A program made the translations under genes and the position numbers. From NCBI GenBank assembly GCA_963718235.1, contig CAVQYR010000001.1, positions 192,001 through 256,000 on the forward strand: 64,000 bases of DNA, read 5' to 3'. Of this stretch, positions 57,137 through 64,000 are shown piece after piece. The notes below the pieces were generated by a model, which was given only the letters and a program-made list of their open reading frames with translations, had not been told where the DNA came from and made no database searches. Origin of the DNA: an uncultured Actinomycetota bacterium. GTDB lineage: Bacteria > Actinomycetota > Actinomycetes > JAHEKZ01. How positions within the stretch are numbered: the stretch's first letter is position 1; every line of letters starts with the position of its first letter.

Positions 57137-58104
57137 CGAGCCCCGACGACGGTTCTCCTGACCGTCCGCTCGGCCTGCCCGACGACGGTTCTCCTGACCG
57201 TCCGCTCGGCCTGCCCGACGACGTGACCCCCCAACAGGTGGACCAGGTCACCGCCCTGCTCCGCGACCTGCCCCCGGTGGCGATGCCCGACGACGTCGCC
57301 GCCCGGCTGGACGCTGCGCTGCGCGCGGCTCCGCCCCCTCGGTCGACGCCCTCGACCACCACCACCGGTCAGACGTCGGAGTCGGTGACCTCCCTGGCCG
57401 AGGCTCGTGAGCGGTCCAACCGGCGGCTGGCCCGCAGCGGCCGGGCGCTCGGCGTGGCCGCAGGAGTCGCGGCGGTGCTCGTCGTGAGCGGCGTCGTGAT
57501 GTCGAGCCTCTCCGGAAGCCCCGCCGGCGACGGCGTCAGCCCGTTGGCGGGTGCCGAGGCCGACGCGTCGCAGGAGACCACGCTGCCTCCGATCCAGCTC
57601 GTCAGCAGCGGCACCAAGTACTCCACCTCTGCACTGCCGAACCAGGTGGACACGATGCTGTCCGAGGCTGAGGACCGCGCGCTCAGCACGTCGTCGGCCA
57701 GTGCGTCCAACGCCTTGCTGTTCGCCCGGATCAACCGGGAGTCCACGCTTCGTGCCTGCGTCGAGGGGCTCGACCCGGGCGAGACGGTCACGCCGCTGGC
57801 CGTCGACCTGGCCACGTTCACCGACCCGACGACCAAGAAGAGCCCCGTGCGAGACGCGCTCGTGGTGGTCCTGCCCAGCCCGACCGACCCTTCGGAGGTG
57901 AACGTCTTCGTCGTCGCTCCGGACTGCTCGGGCCCTGACCTGTCCCTGTGGTACTTCCGGGTCATCGACGCTGCCGACCTGTCGGCCTTCGACGACGGAC
58001 GCTTCTCCCCGGTCGCGCCCGAGGCCACCGGCGCGTCCTCCTCGGCCTCACCCTCGGTCGCGTCGTCGGCCGAGCCTGTGCCGACCCCATCAGCGACCCC
58101 CTGA
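57133..58104 (+). CDS. Putative anti-sigma factor (RsmA-like)
   Basis: AGGAGG RBS, GTGA overlap with sigM; [13 protein letters not shown], single TM, SGTKY, two extracellular Cys. Confidence 0.75.
   Translation: MTSPDDGSPDRPLGLPDDGSPDRPLGLPDDVTPQQVDQVTALLRDLPPVAMPDDVAARLDAALRAAPPPRSTPSTTTTGQTSESVTSLAEARERSNRRLARSGRALGVAAGVAAVLVVSGVVMSSLSGSPAGDGVSPLAGAEADASQETTLPPIQLVSSGTKYSTSALPNQVDTMLSEAEDRALSTSSASASNALLFARINRESTLRACVEGLDPGETVTPLAVDLATFTDPTTKKSPVRDALVVVLPSPTDPSEVNVFVVAPDCSGPDLSLWYFRVIDAADLSAFDDGRFSPVAPEATGASSSASPSVASSAEPVPTPSATP
57142..57223. repeat. Perfect 36-bp tandem duplication ([12 protein letters not shown] x2.3)
   Basis: Identical units start at 57142, 57178 and 57214 (partial). 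Confidence 0.92.
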
Positions 58105-58153
58105 CCGGCGGCCGCCGCCCGGACCGCGCGTGGGGCCGACCTGGCTCGGCGGC

Positions 58154-58179
58154 GGAATGGCTGCGCCCTACCATCGGTT
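58154..58179 (+). promoter_or_regulatory. SigR/SigH thiol-stress promoter of trxBA
   Basis: GGAAT-N18-GTT, exact match. Confidence 0.8.
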
Positions 58180-58267
58180 ATGCGCACGGACGAACGACGA
58201 CCACCCCGCCCCGCCGGGAGGTCGACCCCGGGCGCCCGCAGCACCGAACGCACCCAGAGGAGAACCC

Positions 58268-59248
58268 GTGTCCGACGTCCGTGACGTGATCATCATCGGC
58301 TCCGGCCCTGCGGGGTACACGGCCGCGGTCTACACGGCTCGGGCCAACCTCGCACCGCTGGTCTTCGAGGGTGCGGTCACCGCCGGTGGCGCGCTGATGA
58401 CCACGACCGAGGTCGAGAACTTCCCCGGGTTCGCCGAGGGGATCATGGGCCCTGAGCTCATGGACCAGATGCGCGAGCAGGCCAAGCGGTTCGGCGCCGA
58501 GCTCGTCACCGACGACATCGTGTCGGTCGACCTCACCGGCCACCTGAAGGTGGTGCGCGACGGAGCCGGCAACGAGCACCGCGCCCGTTCGGTGATCCTC
58601 GCCATGGGCTCGGCCTACCGGGAGCTCGGCCTGCCCAACGAGAAGCGCCTCTCCGGCCGCGGCGTCTCGTGGTGTGCCACCTGTGACGGGTTCTTCTTCC
58701 GCGACCAGGACATCGCCGTGATCGGTGGGGGTGACTCCGCCGTCGAGGAAGCCACCTTCCTGACCAAGTTCGCGTCGTCGGTGACCATGGTCCACCGTCG
58801 TGACTCGCTGCGGGCGAGCAAGATCATGCAGCAGAGGGCCTTCGACAACCCCAAGATCTCCTTCGCCTGGGACTCCGAGGTCGTCGACGTGCTGGGCGAC
58901 CAGAAGGTCAGCGGGGTCCGGCTGCGCAACACGGTCACCGGCGCCGAGTCCGAGCTCCCGGTGACCGGCCTGTTCGTTGCCATCGGTCACGACCCGCGCA
59001 GTGATCTCGTCTTCGACCAGGTGCGCCGCGACAGCGAGGGCTACGTGCTCGTCGACGCCCCCAGCACCCGCACCGACCTGCCTGGCGTCTTCGCCTGCGG
59101 AGACCTGGTCGACCACACCTACCGCCAGGCGATCACCGCAGCGGGCACGGGCTGTGCCGCCGCACTGGACGCCGAGCGCTACCTGGCCGCACTGGCCGAC
59201 GGTGGCGCGCCAGCGGCCGCCGAGGCCTCTGGTCTCGTCTCCGCCTGA
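58268..59248 (+). CDS. trxB: Thioredoxin reductase
   Basis: [31 protein letters not shown]. Confidence 0.97.
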   Translation: MSDVRDVIIIGSGPAGYTAAVYTARANLAPLVFEGAVTAGGALMTTTEVENFPGFAEGIMGPELMDQMREQAKRFGAELVTDDIVSVDLTGHLKVVRDGAGNEHRARSVILAMGSAYRELGLPNEKRLSGRGVSWCATCDGFFFRDQDIAVIGGGDSAVEEATFLTKFASSVTMVHRRDSLRASKIMQQRAFDNPKISFAWDSEVVDVLGDQKVSGVRLRNTVTGAESELPVTGLFVAIGHDPRSDLVFDQVRRDSEGYVLVDAPSTRTDLPGVFACGDLVDHTYRQAITAAGTGCAAALDAERYLAALADGGAPAAAEASGLVSA

Positions 59249-59281
59249 CCACCCAACCCACGCACACGACTGGAGCCGTTC

Positions 59282-59605
59282 ATGGGAGCCACCACCACCG
59301 TCACCGACGCCACCTTCGAAGCTGACGTCCTCGGTTCGGACAAGCCGGTGCTCGTCGACTTCTGGGCGGAGTGGTGCGGCCCCTGCCGCATGGTGGCCCC
59401 GATTCTCGAGGAGATCGCCGGTGAGCACGGCGAGACGCTCACCATCGCCAAGCTCAACGTCGACGAGAACCCGCGCACGGCGGCCAGCTACGGGATCACC
59501 TCGATCCCGACGATGGCCGTCTTCTCCGGCGGGGAGATGGTCAAGACCATCGTCGGCGCCAAGCCCAAGCAGGTGCTGCTGCAAGACCTCGCGACCTACC
59601 TGTAG
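59282..59605 (+). CDS. trxA: Thioredoxin
   Basis: WCGPC, SIPT. Confidence 0.97.
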   Translation: MGATTTVTDATFEADVLGSDKPVLVDFWAEWCGPCRMVAPILEEIAGEHGETLTIAKLNVDENPRTAASYGITSIPTMAVFSGGEMVKTIVGAKPKQVLLQDLATYL

Positions 59606-59724
59606 GCCGCCCGGTCGGGCTCATTCGGGCGGCGATCGGCACCGGTTCGGCGCTAGGGACCTCAGCGCACGGCGGGCTACGATGCCGGCACAGGCTGTGA
59701 CCCCACAGCTGTCCTGGAGGCCAG

Positions 59725-60930
59725 ATGCCCCAGTCCGACCCCTCGGCCGACGTGTTCGGCGGTGGGCTGCCCTACCGCCGCGGTGACCAGGGCCCCGCGG
59801 TGGCGCAGCTGCGCGCCCACCTGGCCCGGCTGGACCTCGTCAGCGCCGAGCCGGCGGGCGTCGACCCGGGGGCGGCCCATCCGATGGAGTCCCCGTTCGA
59901 CGCCGACGTCGAGTCGGCCGTGCTGGCCTTCCAGCAGCAGCGGGGCCTCGCCTGCGACGGCGTCGTCGGACCCCAGACCTGGCGCCTGCTCGACGACGCG
60001 CGCTGGCAGCTCGGCGACCGGGTCCTTCGGTACGCCCCCAGCCACCTGCTCTCCGGCGACGACGTGTCGGCCCTCCAGGGACGCCTCCTGGAGCTCGGTT
60101 TCGACCCGGGCCGGATCGACGCGCTGTTCGGGATCGAGACGGAGCAGGCGTTGCGGGACTTCCAGCGCAACGTGGGGATCCCGGTCGACGGCCTGTGCGG
60201 CCCGGTGACCTTCAAGGCCCTGGACCGGCTCGCCCGGACCGTCGTGGGCGGGGCTGCCCAGCAGCTGCGGGAAACCCAGCGCTGGGCCGGGTCAGGACCT
60301 GGTCTGGCCGGGAAGATCGTGGTCATCGACCCGGGTCACGGCGGCCGCGACCGCGGGGCGGTCGGGCACGGGCTCACCGAGGCCGACGTCGTGGCCGACC
60401 TGGCCGCCCGGATCGAGGGCCGGCTGGTCGCGGTGGGGGTCTCCGCCTATCTCACCCGGGGGCGGCTCGCACCCGACGCCGAGCCCCCGGACGAGTCGAC
60501 CCGGGCCGCGCTGGCCAACCGGCTCGACGCCGACCTGGTGGTCTCACTGCACACCGACGCCCACCCCAACACCGCCGCCCACGGGGTGGCGACGTTCTAC
60601 TACGGCGCCGGTCCGTCGGGTGCGGCCTCGGTCGTGGGCGAGCGCGTGGCCGACCTGGTCCAGGACGAGGTGGTGCGACGCACCGACCTGCTCGACGGGC
60701 ACACCCACGGCAAGACGTGGGACCTGCTGCGCCGCACCCGGATGCCCACCGTCCGGCTGGAGGTCGGCTACCTCAGCAACCCCGGCGACGCGGCCCGCCT
60801 GGCCGACCCGGCGTTCCGCGACGCCGTCGCCGAGGCGGTGCTCGTCGCCCTGCAGCAGCTCTACCTGCCGAAGGAGTCGCCCACCACCTCCGTGGTGCTC
60901 CCCCACCCGGCGCCGGCCACCGTGGCCTGA
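59725..60930 (+). CDS. cwlM: CwlM-like N-acetylmuramoyl-L-alanine amidase with two PG-binding domains
   Basis: FQQQRGL...DGVVGPQT, LGDRVL, GDDV; amidase_3 motifs DPGHGG, TEAD, SLH, EVGYLSN. Confidence 0.87.
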   Translation: MPQSDPSADVFGGGLPYRRGDQGPAVAQLRAHLARLDLVSAEPAGVDPGAAHPMESPFDADVESAVLAFQQQRGLACDGVVGPQTWRLLDDARWQLGDRVLRYAPSHLLSGDDVSALQGRLLELGFDPGRIDALFGIETEQALRDFQRNVGIPVDGLCGPVTFKALDRLARTVVGGAAQQLRETQRWAGSGPGLAGKIVVIDPGHGGRDRGAVGHGLTEADVVADLAARIEGRLVAVGVSAYLTRGRLAPDAEPPDESTRAALANRLDADLVVSLHTDAHPNTAAHGVATFYYGAGPSGAASVVGERVADLVQDEVVRRTDLLDGHTHGKTWDLLRRTRMPTVRLEVGYLSNPGDAARLADPAFRDAVAEAVLVALQQLYLPKESPTTSVVLPHPAPATVA

Positions 60931-60966
60931 CGCCTCTGCACGCGCCCGGTCCGACGCCCGGCTCGA

Positions 60967-61002
60967 GGTCTGGCCCCAGGTCTGCCCCCGGGTCTGTCCC
61001 CA
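60967..61002. repeat. 12-bp tandem repeat x3 (degenerate DnaA-box-like)
   Basis: GGTCTGGCCCCA GGTCTGCCCCCG GGTCTGTCCCCA. Confidence 0.65.
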
Positions 61003-61009
61003 GAACTGC

Positions 61010-61162
61010 TCAGCCAGGCGGCACCGCGGACGGCCCGGTCGCGGCGACCGGAGGCACGTAGCCGGTCACCGGCACCAACCGACGCCGCCGGACCAGCGAG
61101 GCCAGGAAGGCCACCAGCAGGCCGAGGCCGAACCCGACCAAGGCCCAGCGCAGTCCCTTCAT
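61010..61162 (-). CDS. Small (50 aa) single-pass membrane protein coupled to parB
   Basis: ATGA overlap with the parB stop; [50 protein letters not shown]; nearly all codons end in G/C. Confidence 0.7.
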   Translation of the reverse strand: MKGLRWALVGFGLGLLVAFLASLVRRRRLVPVTGYVPPVAATGPSAVPPG

Positions 61163-62214
61163 GCCGACCGGGGGCGGCCGCCGCGCAGGCTCGAGGTGGC
61201 GGTGGGGGCGATCAGGTCCACGATCCGCTCCAGGTCGTCGACCGAGGCGAAGTCGATGGTGATCGACCCCTTGCGCCGCCCCAGCGCGACCTGGACCCGG
61301 GTCTCCAGGGTGTCACTGAGCGCCTCGGCCAGGTCCGACAGCGCGGGCGCCTGCACCCGCGCTGTCCGCTTTCGGATAGTTTGTGGTGAATTATCGGCAA
61401 CTCCGAGCGCGACCAGCTCCTCCACCGCCCGCACCGACAGCCCTTCGGCCACGATCCGTCCGGCGACCCGCTCCATCGACCCGGAGTCGGGCAGGGCCAG
61501 CAGCGCCCGGGCGTGCCCGGCCGACAGCACGCCCGCCGCGACCCGACGCTGCACCGGCAGCGGCAGCCGCAGCAGCCGCAGGGTGTTCGACACCTGGGGC
61601 CGGGAGCGGCCGATCCGGGTGGCGAGCTCCTCCTGGGTGCAGCCGAAGTCCTTCAGCAGCTGGTCGTAGGCGGCCGCCTCCTCCAGGGGGTTGAGCTGCG
61701 CCCGGTGCAGGTTCTCCAGCAGCGCGTCGCGCAGCAGGACGTCGTCGGCCGTCTCCCGCACGATCGCGGGGATGACCGTGAACCCGGCCTGCTGGGCCGC
61801 ACGCCACCGGCGCTCGCCGGCCACCAGCTCGTAACGACCGCCCCCCACACCGCGCACCACGATCGGCTGCAGCAGCCCGATCTCGCGCAGGGAGTGCACG
61901 AGCTCGGCCAGCGCGTCCTCGTCGAACACCTGCCGCGGCTGTCGGGGGTTCGGGACGATCGCGGCCAACGGCAGCTCGGCGTAGTGGGCCATGGGTGACA
62001 CGGCGTCGTCACTGCCCCCCGCCTGCGCCGCCCGGGCCGGATGGGCGTCGTTGACCGTGTCGGCGGCGTCCAGCACGGCATCGACCCCCCGGGGTGGGGT
62101 CGCGTACCCGGCCCGGGTGAGGTCGACCGACACAGCCAGGGTGTCCTCGGTGCGGGGCTGGGTGGGGATCAGTGCTCCCAGCCCCTTGCCGAGTCCGCGT
62201 CGCTTCTCGCTCAC
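61159..62214 (-). CDS. parB: Chromosome partitioning protein ParB
   Basis: [36 protein letters not shown]. Confidence 0.97.
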   Translation of the reverse strand: MSEKRRGLGKGLGALIPTQPRTEDTLAVSVDLTRAGYATPPRGVDAVLDAADTVNDAHPARAAQAGGSDDAVSPMAHYAELPLAAIVPNPRQPRQVFDEDALAELVHSLREIGLLQPIVVRGVGGGRYELVAGERRWRAAQQAGFTVIPAIVRETADDVLLRDALLENLHRAQLNPLEEAAAYDQLLKDFGCTQEELATRIGRSRPQVSNTLRLLRLPLPVQRRVAAGVLSAGHARALLALPDSGSMERVAGRIVAEGLSVRAVEELVALGVADNSPQTIRKRTARVQAPALSDLAEALSDTLETRVQVALGRRKGSITIDFASVDDLERIVDLIAPTATSSLRGGRPRSA

Positions 62215-63272
62215 CGCGCCACCTCCGACTCGTGCTCCGGTGCTCCGGGTGCCGGCCGCTCGGCCAACTCTCGGGCGGCGTCCAGGTAGGACAGCGCGCC
62301 GCTGGAGCCTGGGTCGTATGTCAGCACGGTTTGCGCATAGCTCGGGGCCTCCGACACGCGGACCGACCGAGGAATTGCGGTGCGCAGCACGACCGGGCCG
62401 AAGTGGGACCGGACCTCCTCGGCCACCTGCGCGGCCAGCCGGGTCCGGGCGTCGTGCATGGTCAGCAGGATGGTCGACACCTGCAGGTCGGGGTTCAGAT
62501 GGGCCTGGACCAGGTCGACGCTGCGCAGCAGCTGGCCCAGCCCCTCCAGGGCGTAGTACTCGCACTGGATCGGGATCAGCACCTCCCGCGCAGCGACGAA
62601 GGCGTTCACCGTGAGCAGCCCCAGGGACGGCGGGCAGTCGATCAGCACGAAGTCGATCCCCCCGTCCGGGCGCTCCGCCTGCTCGTCCAGGAACGCGGTC
62701 AGCGCCCGGTACAGCCGCGACTCCCGGGCCACGAGGGACACCAGCTCGATCTCGGCCCCTGCCAGGTCGATGGTCGCCGGAGCGCACCACAGCCCCGGGA
62801 TCGCCTCCACCGGGGCCAGGACCTCGGCCAGCGGGCGACCCTCGATCAAGACGTCGTAGATGCTCGGGACGTCGACGTGGTGCTCCACGGCCAGCGCGGT
62901 GGACGCGTTGCCCTGCGGGTCGAGGTCGATCACGAGGACCTGCAGCCCGTGCAGGGCCAGCGCCGCGGCCAGGTTGACCGTCGACGTCGTCTTGCCCACG
63001 CCGCCCTTCTGGTTGGCCACGGTCAGGACCCGCGGGCGGGTCGGGCGCGGCAGGTCACCGGCCCGACGGCCCAGCACGGCCACCGCGGTCGCGGCCGCCT
63101 CGGCGATCGGGGTGTCCTCCTGCCAGCCCGATGTTTCACGTGAAACGTCCGGGGTCGGCGGCCCGGCGGTGGCATAGCGCAACGGCATCTCCACGGTCCC
63201 CGGTCCGGCCCCACCGGAGTCGGCCGTACCCGCCGCAGGGTCCTCGGCCGGTGTGGACTCGGACTCGTTCAC
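62211..63272 (-). CDS. parA: Chromosome partitioning ATPase ParA
   Basis: [36 protein letters not shown]. Confidence 0.96.
   Translation of the reverse strand: MNESESTPAEDPAAGTADSGGAGPGTVEMPLRYATAGPPTPDVSRETSGWQEDTPIAEAAATAVAVLGRRAGDLPRPTRPRVLTVANQKGGVGKTTSTVNLAAALALHGLQVLVIDLDPQGNASTALAVEHHVDVPSIYDVLIEGRPLAEVLAPVEAIPGLWCAPATIDLAGAEIELVSLVARESRLYRALTAFLDEQAERPDGGIDFVLIDCPPSLGLLTVNAFVAAREVLIPIQCEYYALEGLGQLLRSVDLVQAHLNPDLQVSTILLTMHDARTRLAAQVAEEVRSHFGPVVLRTAIPRSVRVSEAPSYAQTVLTYDPGSSGALSYLDAARELAERPAPGAPEHESEVAR
63133..63146. other. parS site (inside the parA 5' region)
   Basis: Perfect GTTTCACGTGAAAC. Confidence 0.95.
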
Positions 63273-64000
63273 GGGCTCATCCCTTCGATCCTCACCTGGA
63301 TCACCCGGCTCGGGCTCCCGGGGAGCTCCCGGACTGAAGAGGCGACCACCGCGGCGCCGGACGCCTTCGGTTCCCGCCCCATGCGCTGCAGCGTAGGCGA
63401 CGCAGCAGCCAGCTCGTCGGCGGCCTTGGCTCCCTTCAGCGCAAGCAGGCTGCCACCGGGGGTGAGCAGGGGCAGCGCCCATCCGGCCAGTCGGCCCAGC
63501 GGCGCGACCGCGCGTGCGGTCACCACGTCGACCCGGCCCAGCCCGCGGACCCGCTGCACCACCGCGTCGTCCTGGGCCCGGCCCCGGTACACCTGCACCC
63601 GGTCCAGGCCGAGCTCCTCGACGACCTCCCGCAAGAAAGTGGTCCGGCGCTCCAGCGGCTCCAGGAGCACGACCCGCCAGGTCGGCCGGAGCAGGGCCAG
63701 GACCACCCCGGGCAACCCGGCTCCCGAACCGAGGTCGACCACGGTGACCGGCGGGGCGGTTCCTCGCCGCGTGGACGACCGCGCCTCCTCCACCACCTGG
63801 TCGATGACCGGTGCCAGAGCGGCGCAGTTGAGCAGGTGCCGCGGCCACAGGCGGGGCACCTCACGCGGCCCGATCAGACCGCGCACCACGCCGGGTCCGG
63901 CGAGCAGGTCGGCGTAGTGCTGCGCCAGCGGGAGAGCCGGCCCGAACACCCCGGCCGCCTCCGGTGGGGGTCCGGGCGTTTCACGTGAAACGCCGGGCTC
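63269..64000 (-). CDS. rsmG: 16S rRNA m7G527 methyltransferase (frame open to the window edge, 5' end probably outside)
   Basis: GLIGPRE..RLW.RHLLN, DLGSGAGLPG, TARAVAPL, LKG. Confidence 0.95.
   Translation of the reverse strand, partial: EPGVSRETPGPPPEAAGVFGPALPLAQHYADLLAGPGVVRGLIGPREVPRLWPRHLLNCAALAPVIDQVVEEARSSTRRGTAPPVTVVDLGSGAGLPGVVLALLRPTWRVVLLEPLERRTTFLREVVEELGLDRVQVYRGRAQDDAVVQRVRGLGRVDVVTARAVAPLGRLAGWALPLLTPGGSLLALKGAKAADELAAASPTLQRMGREPKASGAAVVASSVRELPGSPSRVIQVRIEGMSP
63978..63991. other. parS site (in the rsmG 5' region)
   Basis: Perfect GTTTCACGTGAAAC within the 20-bp palindrome GGCGTTTCACGTGAAACGCC. Confidence 0.95.

Noticed and set aside
61373-61401. dif site or complete sigma-28 promoter in parB
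   Set aside because: Only GCCGATAA matches; there is no XerD arm and no -35 element, and dif is not expected near the origin
1-64000. Many long alternative-frame and antisense ORFs (for example 8654-10867, 17601-19856, 34900-37284)
   Set aside because: Arg/Pro/Gly-rich shadow ORFs expected at high GC; they overlap well-supported genes and carry no motifs

Overview
A high-GC actinobacterial chromosome segment close to, but not including, oriC. The right two-thirds is the conserved origin-proximal backbone: dnaB, MATE, rplI-rpsR-ssb-rpsF, femX, an alanine-racemase-domain gene, GT87, PBP1a, padR-ino1, MFS, CCA-adding enzyme, NUDIX-DUF6049-murJ, pseudokinase-sigM-anti-sigma, trxBA, cwlM and parB-parA-rsmG, with two perfect parS sites. 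The left third holds a rhodanese/DUF2892 pair, a 2-oxoacid dehydrogenase operon, a DevR-like regulator, cydABDC followed by a DevS-like kinase, an aminotransferase/SDR/Lrp cluster, an S8 protease and an rsgA paralog. I see no rRNA, tRNA, CRISPR array, transposase or prophage gene. The most interesting signals are regulatory or small-scale. (1) DosR/OsdR-type boxes upstream of cydABDC-devS with devR next door. (2) A murT-gatD pair whose GatD has Gly at the catalytic Cys position, lying between two DnaA-box clusters. (3) A WhiB7/WblC-type promoter, 20-aa uORF and hairpin ahead of rsgA. (4) A sigma-28-type leaderless promoter on a Tad-pilin-like gene plus an NlpC/P60 hydrolase between murJ and its pseudokinase. 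(5) A 50-aa membrane protein coupled to parB and absent from the ORF track. All calls come from reading motifs by eye; no database searches were run. Start codons are best estimates.
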